The notes: generated by a model from the letters alone, not told the origin. Shown: positions 18,551-29,138, numbered from the stretch's first letter. The stretch: DNA of 64,000 nucleotides from Promethearchaeia archaeon (GCA_029856155.1 JAHQWL010000023.1:96001-160000), one strand, 5' to 3'. A program made the numbers and translations.

Positions 18551-20521
18551 ATGACTATGAGAACCGGTTTTTTTGGAAAAGTTTTATGGGTTGATCTTAC
18601 AGAAGAGAATTTTAAGGAAGAATCATTAACCGAAGAGATTTATCGTCAATATCTTGGAGGATATGGATTAGGTGTAAAATTGATTTATGAAAATATGCCC
18701 GCTGAAATTGATCCATTAAGCGCTGAATCTGTTTTTGGTTTTTTTCCGGGATTATTAACGGGAACTGCAGCACCATTTTCAGGAAGGTATATGGTAGCAG
18801 GGAAATCTCCTTTAACAAGGACTTGGGGGGATTCTAATAGTGGAGGAACATTTGGCCCTGAGATAAAGAAATGTGGATATGATGCAATTATAATTAAAGG
18901 TATTGCAAATACACCTAAATATATTTCGATAATTGAAGATGAAAAGGAAATTTTGGATGCTTCAGAGATTTGGGGTTTAGATATAATCGAAACAGAGTCA
19001 AAAATGAAGAAAAAATATGGTAAATTTATTAAGGTTGCAGGAATTGGACAAGCTGGTGAGAAAATATCCTATATTTCTGGAATTGCTAATGATAAGGGAA
19101 GAATTGCCGCTAGAGCGGGATTAGGGGCTATAATGGGTTCAAAAAAATTAAAAGCACTTGTTTTAAAGGGAAATAAGAAAATTTCACACTATAATCGAGA
19201 AAAGTTTTTAGAATTAGTTAAATTCTATAATGAAAGCGGAACACAAGAGGCACCTAATAAATTAATAAGATCAATCTTAAAAAATGTCCCTCGGTTAGCT
19301 AAAACTATTCGTAGATTTAGAGTAGGGTTTGCGGGACCTCCTAAAATGATAAGAGAAATCTACAAGTCTTTTGGAACTAGTGTTGGAAACACAATTTCTG
19401 CAGAATCAAACGATTCTCCGATTAAAAACTGGAATGGAATTGGGATGTATGATTTTCCATATAAAATATCTAAAAGTTTGTCAGCACTAGAGATTCAAAA
19501 ATACAAGATCAGAGAATATGGATGTTTTAGTTGTCCAGTTCAATGTGGTGGAATTCTAAAAGTTCCAGAAATAAATTTAGACGAAACTTATATTCCAGAA
19601 TATGAAACTTGTTGCTCATTTGGCGCTCTTTTACTTAATCATGATTTACTCTCAATTTTTGAGATAAATGAATTATGCAATAGAGCCGCAATAGATACAA
19701 TATCTACTGGTGCAACTATTGCGTTTGCTATGGAGTGCTTCGAAAATGGAATTTTAACTGAAGAAGATACTGACGGTTTAAAATTAACTTGGGGAAACTC
19801 AAAAGCTATTGTTGAAATGGTAAAAAAGATAATTAATAGGGAAGGAATTGGAGATGTTTTAGCTGATGGAAGTAAGATTGCTGCAGAAAAAATTGGAAAG
19901 CAGTCTGCAAGATATGCTATTACATCTCTAGGTTCAGAAATCGCAATGCATAATCCAAGAGTGTTTCCTTCCTTAGCATTCACATATAATTATGATCCCA
20001 CACCAGGAAGACATACTGCTGCAAGTATTGATTTTGTTGATATCGGCCCTATTAATAAATTTCAAAAGGGTTTTAAACTACCAAAAGGATGGAAAAAGAA
20101 TGAGAAAAAAAAACAAATCGGGCAAATGTTAGTTACCTCTATTCATCAAGTTATAAATAGTGCTGGTTTATGTATGTTTTCAACTTTGTTTGGTTCCTAT
20201 CCACTTATCGATCTGATTAACAATTTTACTGGTTGGGATTTAAATATAGATGAGTTGATAAAAATTGGACTTAGGATTCAAACTCTACGTCAAGCATTCA
20301 CGTTACGTGAAGGGATAGATATTGCGGGTAATAAACTTCCTGGCAGAGTTACTGGTCACCCTCCAGATAAAAGGGGTCCGACAAAAGGTACATCCATTGA
20401 GTATGAAGATTTCTATAAAGGATACTGCAGTGAAATGGGTTGGAATCCTGAGAATGGATATCCATTAAAAGAAACTCTTAAAGACCTTGATTTGGAATTT
20501 GTTATTAAGGATTTATATTGA
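18551..20521 (+). CDS. aor: Aldehyde:ferredoxin oxidoreductase family (tungstopterin)
   Basis: KSPLT, DSNSGG, AARAGLGAIMGSKKLKA, GCFSCPVQC, PEYET and CNRAAIDTIS. Confidence 0.92.
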   Translation: MTMRTGFFGKVLWVDLTEENFKEESLTEEIYRQYLGGYGLGVKLIYENMPAEIDPLSAESVFGFFPGLLTGTAAPFSGRYMVAGKSPLTRTWGDSNSGGTFGPEIKKCGYDAIIIKGIANTPKYISIIEDEKEILDASEIWGLDIIETESKMKKKYGKFIKVAGIGQAGEKISYISGIANDKGRIAARAGLGAIMGSKKLKALVLKGNKKISHYNREKFLELVKFYNESGTQEAPNKLIRSILKNVPRLAKTIRRFRVGFAGPPKMIREIYKSFGTSVGNTISAESNDSPIKNWNGIGMYDFPYKISKSLSALEIQKYKIREYGCFSCPVQCGGILKVPEINLDETYIPEYETCCSFGALLLNHDLLSIFEINELCNRAAIDTISTGATIAFAMECFENGILTEEDTDGLKLTWGNSKAIVEMVKKIINREGIGDVLADGSKIAAEKIGKQSARYAITSLGSEIAMHNPRVFPSLAFTYNYDPTPGRHTAASIDFVDIGPINKFQKGFKLPKGWKKNEKKKQIGQMLVTSIHQVINSAGLCMFSTLFGSYPLIDLINNFTGWDLNIDELIKIGLRIQTLRQAFTLREGIDIAGNKLPGRVTGHPPDKRGPTKGTSIEYEDFYKGYCSEMGWNPENGYPLKETLKDLDLEFVIKDLY

Positions 20522-20593
20522 AGTTATAATTTTTATAATGTATAATTATTTAGAATTAATATTTTAAAAGTAGACAGACTAACAACTTAAAAA

Positions 20594-21064
20594 ATGCATA
20601 ATTCATCCCAAACAGATTTGAAATCCTTCATCCAAAATGAACTTATTAAAAACATTAAGAAAGTAAGAGGGAAACATGCTCCAATTTCTGAGATTGTCAA
20701 TAGTGTTCCTAAAACTTTAATAGTCGAAAAGATTTACGATTTAAGAGAAAATTATAAAAATTTTTTTTTATTTATAGTAAAAAATTATTCTAAAGTACCA
20801 AAATTAAGGTATTTTTTAGCTCTTTCACTGGCATACACTAGTTCTGATTTGTTAGTCCAACTTGCAATGGAATTTGCAGTCAAAAATGACTTGAAATTAA
20901 TTCAATATTCAATCTTTCCAAAAACTCTTAGGATTCAATTATTATTACTAAAAGAAATTGTAGACATTAAAGATTATGCCAATTCGATTGAAAAATTGAA
21001 ATCCTATAGAAAAGAATTTCGTCATAAATTGGGACAAGTAAAGAATTTAGTAGAAAATGAATAA
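20594..21064 (+). CDS. Hypothetical protein
   Basis: 156-aa ORF, co-directional between aor and pyk. Confidence 0.65.
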   Translation: MHNSSQTDLKSFIQNELIKNIKKVRGKHAPISEIVNSVPKTLIVEKIYDLRENYKNFFLFIVKNYSKVPKLRYFLALSLAYTSSDLLVQLAMEFAVKNDLKLIQYSIFPKTLRIQLLLLKEIVDIKDYANSIEKLKSYRKEFRHKLGQVKNLVENE

Positions 21065-21158
21065 TTTTTAAGCATAAACACAATAATTATATTAATCACC
21101 ATAATAGTTATGATTTTAGATTCCAAATTAGTTTTAAAATAAAATATGGGTTAAAATA

Positions 21159-22628
21159 ATGTCATTTAGAGAAAATACGGTGAAAATTGTAAGTACTCTT
21201 GGTCCAGCTTCGAGTTCAAAAGAGATGCTCGAAAAATTAATTAACACAGGCGTTGATATTTTTAGATTAAATTTCTCACATGGAACTCATGAGGAAAAAA
21301 GAGAATTATTTGGAAGAATTAGAGAAGTAAGTGAATATACTAAACACACGGGAATTTTAGCTGATATTCAAGGACCGAAAATTAGGGTAGGAAAATTTAA
21401 AGAAGATCTAGCTTACAGTTTAGGAATAGGTCAAGAAGTAAATGTCTTTGAAAAAGAAATTGAAGGGGATCAAAAACAATTTTCAATTCCTTTGAAAGGT
21501 TTTCTTAAGTCAATGAGAGTTGGAGATATTTTTTTTGTTAATGATGGAATTATTAAAATTAAAGTCATAAGGAAAGAAGCTGATCACGTTGTTGGAGAGG
21601 TTTTAGCTGGAGGTTTGATTAGTAATAGAAAAGGGGTTAATATCCCTGCTGGAGAATTGTCTCAAAAAGTCCCTACTGAAAAAGATGTTAAGGACCTTGA
21701 ATTCATAGCGAAACTTGATCCTGAATATGTTGCTATCTCATTTGTATCGGGAGGAGATGATGTTTTACATGTCAAACGAATTCTTGAAAATTATGGAAAT
21801 TCCAAAATTAAATTAATTTCAAAAATCGAACGGCCTATAGCATTAACCAATTTTGACCAGATTTTAGACGTAAGTGATGGAATCATGGTTGCCAGAGGAG
21901 ATTTAGGTGTTGAGATCGATCCGGATAAAGTACCTTTATGGCAAAAGGAAATGATATATAAGTGTAATCGAGAAGGCAAACCTGTTATTGTTGCGACCCA
22001 AATGCTTGAATCAATGGTCTCTAATCCCATCCCTACAAGAGCAGAGGCAAATGATGTATATAATGCTGTTATGGATGGAACTGATGCTGTTATGCTCTCA
22101 GCAGAAACAGCAGTTGGGAAATATCCGATTAATGCCGTTCAATATATGAATCAAATTGCAAAAACAGCAACTGAGAACATGCCTAAAAGGATTCCAGATG
22201 AATATGATTCTGATAGATTAACTCACACACAAACTCTAGGACATGCTATATATTCACTAGCCTCAGAAATGGAAGCATTAAATTTTAGAGGTAAAATTTT
22301 AGTGATCACAAGGAGAGGTTATGGCGCAAGAATGATCGCTAAGTATCGACCACCCTTACCCATTATTGCTATAACACCTTATAAAAGAACAGCTAGAGAA
22401 CTAAATTTGGTATGGGCCGTCCAAGCAATGCAAATTGACAGTAGTGATTTCTTCAATATGGATGCTGAAGAAATTATAGAGCAATCTGTTAAAAACGCAG
22501 TTGAAAAGAAAATGTTAGATGAGAATGAACATGTAATTATATTATTGGTTTCAAGAAAATTTGAACGAAGAGGAAATCTCGTGGGGCTCTATTATGTAGG
22601 GGAAATTCTCGAATCTGAATCTAAATAA
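21159..22628 (+). CDS. pyk: Pyruvate kinase
   Basis: KIVSTLGP, RLNFSHG, DIQGPKIR, SKIE, MVARGDLG, ATQMLESM and DAVMLSAET. Confidence 0.97.
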   Translation: MSFRENTVKIVSTLGPASSSKEMLEKLINTGVDIFRLNFSHGTHEEKRELFGRIREVSEYTKHTGILADIQGPKIRVGKFKEDLAYSLGIGQEVNVFEKEIEGDQKQFSIPLKGFLKSMRVGDIFFVNDGIIKIKVIRKEADHVVGEVLAGGLISNRKGVNIPAGELSQKVPTEKDVKDLEFIAKLDPEYVAISFVSGGDDVLHVKRILENYGNSKIKLISKIERPIALTNFDQILDVSDGIMVARGDLGVEIDPDKVPLWQKEMIYKCNREGKPVIVATQMLESMVSNPIPTRAEANDVYNAVMDGTDAVMLSAETAVGKYPINAVQYMNQIAKTATENMPKRIPDEYDSDRLTHTQTLGHAIYSLASEMEALNFRGKILVITRRGYGARMIAKYRPPLPIIAITPYKRTARELNLVWAVQAMQIDSSDFFNMDAEEIIEQSVKNAVEKKMLDENEHVIILLVSRKFERRGNLVGLYYVGEILESESK

Positions 22629-22796
22629 AAAAATCTTGATACTTTTTTTACAAATTTTTCAATTTGAATAAGAATATTTAGTTTTTCCTCAAATTTATCA
22701 ATAAAATTATAAATCTTAATAAGTCAAAGAATTTTTTTTACATCTAAGAAGTATTAATTTTACTTCTTTAAAGTTAAGGTTTGAGGAAAAAAAAAG

Positions 22797-23227
22797 AGTG
22801 AAGAATGGAAATATGCATCTTAGGTATCAACTCTGGGGAAATGGGCTTGGGTAATAGGAATTGTAAGTGGAATTATTGACATTTTAATAGTTCTTCCTAG
22901 TCTAATGCTCCTTGCATCTTTACCATACGGTATTGGGACGGCTGGTATAGGATATCCTATTTGGTGGATCATAGCTGGAATATTAGTAATATTAATCTCT
23001 TTTGTTATTATAAAGCCTACTTCTCAAGTAAATGTGCCAATAAAGATTGGGATGGTCTCTATAATTGGGTTATACCACTTGGAAGTATTAGATTCCCATG
23101 GATGCTTTTTTGGGGAATAGTTGTAGAAGTGTTAGGATATGGATGGGGGGGATTTGCAATAATAATACCAGCATTGGTCTTAATATTTGCTGGTCCAAAA
23201 CCATATGAATGGAAAGCTATAAAATAG
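22797..23227 (+). pseudogene. Decayed four-TM membrane protein gene
   Basis: Reads SEEWKYAS*VSTLGKWAWVIG...IIKP, then after a frameshift FSSKCANKDWDGLYNW...FPWMLFWG...AGPKPYEWK. There is no ATG at the apparent start, an in-frame TAG at 22821, and a 1-nt shift near 23018. Confidence 0.75.
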
Positions 23228-23348
23228 TCAATAATCTCTTATTCTATTTTTTTTATTATCAATAAATCTTGAGACTTTTTTTATATTTATATTAACCTAT
23301 TTTTTTGATTCATAATATTTCACAAAATATTTTAAATTTGAAATAAAG

Positions 23349-23777
23349 ATGTACAATTCATATAAAATATATGATAAAAAAATTTATACCGGTATGAGAG
23401 TAGGGGGCTCTCACTATTGGATTTATAATGATGGGAAATGGTTTGAAACTAAAAAAGCCCCTGATAAATGGAATTTTAAATTTGAGAGTTTAAAAACTAG
23501 ATTAACTCCGGCTCCTTTGAATACAGGAGCTAGTATTAATACAAAATTTCATTGGTATATATTAGCAGATCAAATTGCAACAAAAATAGATAGTAATTCA
23601 TACAGAACTTCAATGAAAGGGGTTAAATTTAAGATTGGACATAAAAGACCTTATTGGAAAAGTTTTAGTTATAATTATCCAAATCAAATTTCATACAAAG
23701 AAAGAATTATACAAATTTTAGAAGCAATTCTGATAGACTTAAGAAGTAAAAACAATTTTTATGTAAAAGATTTATAA
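23349..23777 (+). CDS. Conserved hypothetical protein (Trp/His-rich, basic)
   Basis: YTGMRVGGSHYWIYNDGKWFETK...HWYILADQ...MKGVKFKIGHKR. Confidence 0.75.
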   Translation: MYNSYKIYDKKIYTGMRVGGSHYWIYNDGKWFETKKAPDKWNFKFESLKTRLTPAPLNTGASINTKFHWYILADQIATKIDSNSYRTSMKGVKFKIGHKRPYWKSFSYNYPNQISYKERIIQILEAILIDLRSKNNFYVKDL

Positions 23778-23800
23778 AATCTCATACATATCTTGATAGT

Positions 23801-24082
23801 TTAACTAATTTTTCCAGTACTTTGAGCTTTTATATGCTTTCTAATCTTTGAATCTTCTTTATTGAATTGTGTTTGCGTATTGTCTCGATGAATAATAATC
23901 TCCTTTATATCAGCCCTTAAAATTGGGGAATTGTATTTTTCTTTAAAAATTATAAAGTCATTTGAATTTGTTGAATACATTCTTAACTGAAATTCATTAA
24001 CCATTCCTATTCGACTCGCTAAATGTCCTAATATATGATCTGCGAAGATTATTTCACATAAAACTTCCAAATTTTTTTTCAT
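23801..24082 (-). CDS. Hypothetical ORF, possibly a fragment
   Basis: 93-aa ORF downstream of a frameshifted gene; no recognisable motif. Confidence 0.35.
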   Translation of the reverse strand: MKKNLEVLCEIIFADHILGHLASRIGMVNEFQLRMYSTNSNDFIIFKEKYNSPILRADIKEIIIHRDNTQTQFNKEDSKIRKHIKAQSTGKIS

Positions 24083-24141
24083 GAAATATCTTCTAGGTAC
24101 ATCTATTTAAAGAAAAAGTATTCAAATATCAATAGTATTGC

Positions 24142-24353
24142 TTAATTTGTCTTTAAATATCTAATTTTTTGTTCCTCATCGATGTTTGGTTGATATTTCG
24201 TTTTAAAGCAATAACAATGACAACAATAAAATTCAATATAATTACAGTTCCAAATTTTGGTTAAATGTTCGATATCTTTAGAGGACTAATATTTTTAACA
24301 TAACTTTCATAATCCAAGTCCTTTCCACATCTAAAACACTTTCTTACTCTCAT
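24142..24353 (-). pseudogene. Frameshifted small Zn-binding protein (CxxC...W...CCxC)
   Basis: Frame 1 from ATG 24353: MRVRKCFRCGKDLDYESYVKNISP. It continues in another frame from 24279: KDIEHLTKIWNCNYIEFYCCHCYCFK...KTN*. Confidence 0.65.
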
Positions 24354-24376
24354 ATTTTAATAAAATAAAAATTGAT

Positions 24377-24892
24377 TTAAAATTGTTCATAATGAACTAT
24401 TTCATCAATAGGCTTTCTTTCTTTAACTTCACCTTTCGGTTTAATTGGATAACCTAGCGGTGTTAATCCCAATACATTATACTTTTTAGGGATTTTTAAT
24501 ACTTTTTTAACCTCTTCCTCATTAAACCATCCTATCCAACAAGTCGCTAACCCTTCAGCTGTCGCAGCTAAAATTAAATGCTCAAAACAAATTCCAAAGT
24601 CTACACCATAATATTTTTCACCGCTTTTATTTATCCCTGATCCATCTGTGGAAATTATGCCAATAACAAACACAGGAGCTTCAATAAACTTTTCTTCTTG
24701 TCCGATCGCTTTCCAAACAGCTTTAATGTTATCTGGTTTTTGTACTATGATATAATGGACGCCTTGTAAGTTTGCCCATGTTGGTGCTAAACGCGCTGCT
24801 TCTAAAATCCTTTCGATTTTTTCTCTTTCAGGCATTTCTGGTTTATATACTCTATAACTTCTTCTCTTTTTTACTACTTCGTAAAAATCCAT
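24377..24892 (-). CDS. Nitroreductase family protein
   Basis: KRRSYR, ILEAARLAPTWANLQ, LAATAEGLATCWIG and PLGYP. Confidence 0.93.
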   Translation of the reverse strand: MDFYEVVKKRRSYRVYKPEMPEREKIERILEAARLAPTWANLQGVHYIIVQKPDNIKAVWKAIGQEEKFIEAPVFVIGIISTDGSGINKSGEKYYGVDFGICFEHLILAATAEGLATCWIGWFNEEEVKKVLKIPKKYNVLGLTPLGYPIKPKGEVKERKPIDEIVHYEQF

Positions 24893-25004
24893 ATTGATAC
24901 TCTCTAAATTATATATTATTTCATAATTTTAATGGTAGTAAAATTTTTAATTTTTTCATTATATAATAAAATTCAATTAAAAATTGGTGATTTCTAAGTT
25001 TTAA

Positions 25005-25805
25005 TTAATCATCTATCATTCTTTTATGTCCATTTGGGCATTCCCCATAAGTACAATCATAAAAACCATCATCAAATTCTTCTCTAGCATTATAATGCTC
25101 CCAACAATAAATTTTATCACATTCGGGGCAGTAAGCATCTAATCCTTCAAATGAATGATGCCTTTTCATAAAATTATGGACTCCTAATAAATCCTTTTCT
25201 TGCAAAATTCTAAATAAATTATTTGCGAGATTAATATTCATCGATCTTTCATGTGTAATTCCTCTAAAAACTAACGCTTCACTTTTATCAAATCTTCCAT
25301 ACCCAATCTTAAATTCCACTGCATTCTTACTACACACTGAACATGGTAAATGATACTCTAAATCAGAAACTTTAATAACTCTTTCGGTTGGTTTCAAAAT
25401 TTCTTTTTCATTTAATACTCTCTGAAATACAAACCAAAACGCATCCCAACACTCCTTAAAAGTTTCTTCAGCTTTTTTAATAAGTTTAGATGATTTATCA
25501 TTTTGGAAAATTCTAAGTTGACTAATAATTTTGGACAAAAAATTTCTCGCAACATATAAGAAACCCTTTGAATTCTCAATATTCTTAAATTCTATGTCTT
25601 TAGTTGGTCTTAACATCTCCCACGCAGAAAAAGTATTATAATAAAATTCTTTTACATCTGAAATCCACAAGTTTCTAGTTGAATCATCTAATTCTTTAAG
25701 ATAATTTAAATATTCAATGATATCATCTTTAATATCCTCGAGTTTTTGAATATAATTTCGGATATTCCAAATTTTTTCTTTTAATTTATCATTTTTACCA
25801 TTCAT
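25005..25805 (-). CDS. Hypothetical protein: helical N-terminal domain plus a Cys/His-rich C-terminal domain
   Basis: PCSVC...YCPECDKIYCWEH...DCTYGECPNGHKRMIDD. Confidence 0.75.
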   Translation of the reverse strand: MNGKNDKLKEKIWNIRNYIQKLEDIKDDIIEYLNYLKELDDSTRNLWISDVKEFYYNTFSAWEMLRPTKDIEFKNIENSKGFLYVARNFLSKIISQLRIFQNDKSSKLIKKAEETFKECWDAFWFVFQRVLNEKEILKPTERVIKVSDLEYHLPCSVCSKNAVEFKIGYGRFDKSEALVFRGITHERSMNINLANNLFRILQEKDLLGVHNFMKRHHSFEGLDAYCPECDKIYCWEHYNAREEFDDGFYDCTYGECPNGHKRMIDD

Positions 25806-26079
25806 TTCGAATATAATTATGATTGCTTATTAATTTATCAATATCAAATTTAGAAAAAAGAAATTAAGATTTCATAATTGTACCTTAAACTGAAAATCTT
25901 CAGGTTAATTTATAATCTTTATTTTATAAATTAAGAATAAGAGAATCTTATCTAATCTTTTTGTTATTACAAATTCTTTAATAATTTACAATTATAATAG
26001 ATAAATATTTTGTAGTGATTAAAATTATTAGATAATTCTTATTTATCTAAAAACTATTAAAAAAAGGTTTTATTATAAA

Positions 26080-26853
26080 ATGTTAAAAAAAGAATTACTA
26101 CAGATTCTTAATCTTATTGGATTCATTGCCACAGTGATTGTTAATTTTCTGGCAGTTATCTTGCCAATTGGACTTGGTACTACTCAAGAGTTATCTGATG
26201 CGATCCCAAACTTATTCGTTCCAGCGGGAATTACTTTTTCAATTTGGAGTATCATATATATCTTTTTAGGACTATTCTCTATTTATCAAATGAGAGATAT
26301 TTTTAAAAGCAACAAGATTGAAATGAAATACTTAGATAATATCGGATATTTCTTTATTATTGGGAGTTTAGCTAACGTATTATGGATAATTGTATGGCAT
26401 TATAAATTGGTTCCTTTATCTCTAGTTTTTATGATAGTTCTATTAATCTCTTTATTACTTATCTATACTAAACTAAATATCGGAAAATCAAATGCCTCTA
26501 AAATGGAAAAAGTTGCTGTACATATACCATTCAGTATATATCTTGGTTGGATATCTGTTGCAACAATAGCAAATGTCACTGCAGTTTTAGTCGTTCTTGG
26601 AGTGAGCAGTTTTGGATTATTAGCAGAAATCTTAACAATTATGGTAATAATTGTGGCCGTGCTCATAACTTTTGCTATGCTATTATTACGAAACGATTAT
26701 ATTTACAGTTTTGTAATAGTCTGGGCGCTATTAGGGATTTTCATTAAACAAATAACTGATAACTTAACAATAGCAATAACTGCGTTGATCTCAGGTGTTT
26801 TAATCCTTGTCGGAATTGTATATATAATTATTCGAAAGAAAAAATTGCCTTAA
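26080..26853 (+). CDS. TspO-like tryptophan-rich sensory membrane protein
   Basis: FVPAGITFSIWSIIY, NVLWIIVWHY and PFSIYLGWISVATIAN. Confidence 0.8.
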   Translation: MLKKELLQILNLIGFIATVIVNFLAVILPIGLGTTQELSDAIPNLFVPAGITFSIWSIIYIFLGLFSIYQMRDIFKSNKIEMKYLDNIGYFFIIGSLANVLWIIVWHYKLVPLSLVFMIVLLISLLLIYTKLNIGKSNASKMEKVAVHIPFSIYLGWISVATIANVTAVLVVLGVSSFGLLAEILTIMVIIVAVLITFAMLLLRNDYIYSFVIVWALLGIFIKQITDNLTIAITALISGVLILVGIVYIIIRKKKLP

Positions 26854-27090
26854 AACACATTTTTTTTCTATTTTTTTTTAAAGATAATCAGAAATTAGGA
26901 TTGTTATTATCTCCTTAATTTCATAATTTTCATCAATTAATTTTTATATATTTTACATAATCCATATTATAATGACATCAAAATCTATTTTTTAATAAAA
27001 CCTCTAAAATGTATAGAAAAAATCTTTCTCAAGGCTATAATTTAAAAGTCATAAGCTAAATTTTAAAATGTAAACTCACTAATTACATCA

Positions 27091-27558
27091 ATGAGATCAA
27101 ACAAGTTAATTATAAGAATAATTCAGCACAAAAAGGAAATTTATTATCCTATATTTACTATTTCAATAAGTTATTTTTTAAGTTGGCTTATAACCTTATT
27201 TGTTAGTTTTGCAGATAGTCAAGTGGCTTTGCCTTTTTTCTTTTGGAATATAGCTACTTTAATTTTAATATACTCCCTTGATGTTTATCGTATATCTAAG
27301 AAAAGAGAAGATTCTCTTTCAAAAAAGCTAATATTTTTCTTACTCCTTCTCTCACTGACTATTCATTTCATTGTTGTGCTTAGATTAGTATCGTTGATTT
27401 TTACCACTATTTATTATCTAATTCCTATCGGTATCTATATTCTTGTATCAATTTTAATTTTTTTTGTCCTACGCAAAGAAGTAATAAAATATTATTTGAA
27501 AAAAAATAAACAGATTAAAAATAACTTAAAAACCGCTATTAAAGAACAAAAGATTTAG
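27091..27558 (+). CDS. Hypothetical membrane protein
   Basis: Four hydrophobic helices; 9 nt before the next gene. Confidence 0.6.
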   Translation: MRSNKLIIRIIQHKKEIYYPIFTISISYFLSWLITLFVSFADSQVALPFFFWNIATLILIYSLDVYRISKKREDSLSKKLIFFLLLLSLTIHFIVVLRLVSLIFTTIYYLIPIGIYILVSILIFFVLRKEVIKYYLKKNKQIKNNLKTAIKEQKI

Positions 27559-27567
27559 AGAGTAATC

Positions 27568-28518
27568 ATGAATTCAAATGAACTGACTTTCAGTAAAGAA
27601 AAGAGAGAGTCATACATTTTAATGTATATTCTTATCATTATCTTCATCACTGCAGTTCTAGTTGCTCTTAGAATTATCTTTTCATTTTTTCAAGAAGAAT
27701 CCCCAGGATTGTTTATTATTGATTTGTTAATGAGAAATAGAGATCTAAATTTTAAAACCAATTACAATCTAATGTATAACGGGATCATTAATTATTACGG
27801 AGATAATCCTTTTATTAGTGAAAAAGCAATATATCTCTATTTTTGGTATTTTATCTTTTACCCGTTTTACATTATACCTATAGAAATTTCTATTTATATC
27901 TGGGATCTTTTAAGGATCATTTCTACGATTTATATTGCAATTAATATCAGCAAGGTAATTAAAAATAGAAGAGACCTACTATTTTTCTTCCTATTTTCTG
28001 GTATTGGATATTTTGCTGACATGTATTTAAATAATACGAATTGGATAATTCAACTCTTCTTATATGAATCATATATTCAATTAGAGAAAAATAATAAGCC
28101 TTTATCAGGATTTTTTTTTACTATTTGTACGTTTAAAATAATCCTGATTATAATTCCGTTTATTTTTATTCTTATAAAGAAAATTAAAGGCAAAGATTTA
28201 ATTTTTTATTTTTTACCTTTTTTGGTAATCTGTATACCTTATATAATTTTTCCAGAGTATTTTTCAATGATGGTTTCTAATTGGTTCCTAAGTATAGAAA
28301 CAACATCTGGATTCTCAATCATAAGTATATTCTTAATATTTTGGCGTGTAATTCAACCCGCGCAATTAATGTTTTTAAGTATTATACTAGTAATTATTAT
28401 TGTAAATATCAAAAATGAGAATGAAAAAACAAGAATTGGTTCTTTAATCTATATATCTGTATCTATTTTATGGGTTTTAATTTGGTTAATATTCTTAGGA
28501 TTTGCTCTTTTCATGTGA
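27568..28518 (+). CDS. GT-C fold (GT87/DUF2029-like) membrane glycosyltransferase
   Basis: Multi-TM, with IYLYFWYFIFYPF...IYIWDLLR, DMYLNNTN and CTFKII patterns typical of GT87-like proteins. Confidence 0.55.
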   Translation: MNSNELTFSKEKRESYILMYILIIIFITAVLVALRIIFSFFQEESPGLFIIDLLMRNRDLNFKTNYNLMYNGIINYYGDNPFISEKAIYLYFWYFIFYPFYIIPIEISIYIWDLLRIISTIYIAINISKVIKNRRDLLFFFLFSGIGYFADMYLNNTNWIIQLFLYESYIQLEKNNKPLSGFFFTICTFKIILIIIPFIFILIKKIKGKDLIFYFLPFLVICIPYIIFPEYFSMMVSNWFLSIETTSGFSIISIFLIFWRVIQPAQLMFLSIILVIIIVNIKNENEKTRIGSLIYISVSILWVLIWLIFLGFALFM

Positions 28519-28523
28519 ATTTA

Positions 28524-28934
28524 TCAGATTTTTTCATGATTTTGAATGATAATCAACACAAACGAAATATATATAAATATCATACATGAGAAACTATATA
28601 CTGGAGTAAAACAGGCAGATCCATAAAACCTTATTAAAAAAATTATATTAAAACCAATTCCAAAAAGCAAGGCTGTTATTATAGGGACTTTAAATTTTCT
28701 ATCAATTATTTTAATTCTTACCACAATTATCCCAGATATAACCATTATTAAAATTTTTATGGGCTCAAACAATGCTAAAAATAAATAAAAACCCATTAAA
28801 ACTAATTGATTTAGAGATATTAATTGTTGTATCCGTAAAATTAGAATAAGATTAATTATAAATGATATTATTGTTATTAAAACAATAAAAATAACTAATC
28901 TGATTAATAAATTATATCTTTTTCTAATATTCAT
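28524..28934 (-). CDS. Hypothetical membrane protein
   Basis: Four hydrophobic helices; very low complexity. Confidence 0.55.
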   Translation of the reverse strand: MNIRKRYNLLIRLVIFIVLITIISFIINLILILRIQQLISLNQLVLMGFYLFLALFEPIKILIMVISGIIVVRIKIIDRKFKVPIITALLFGIGFNIIFLIRFYGSACFTPVYSFSCMIFIYISFVLIIIQNHEKI

Positions 28935-29138
28935 TAAACCATTTTGTTTTAATCTAATTATAATAGATATCCAGATATTTAAAGCCTAAATCTTTACACT
29001 TAGAATAATTATTAATATTATTTGGTTTCAACATAAATATTTTTATATTTAATTGAATTAATAAAGATTGGTTTATCCTTAAATGAAAATAGAATTGAAA
29101 TCCTTATTATTTGAAATAAATAATTGATGTGATTATTA

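Noticed and set aside
22821-22823. Pyrrolysine or stop-codon recoding at the in-frame TAG
   Set aside because: The same gene also lacks a start codon and has a frameshift, and TAG is used as a normal stop elsewhere in the window.
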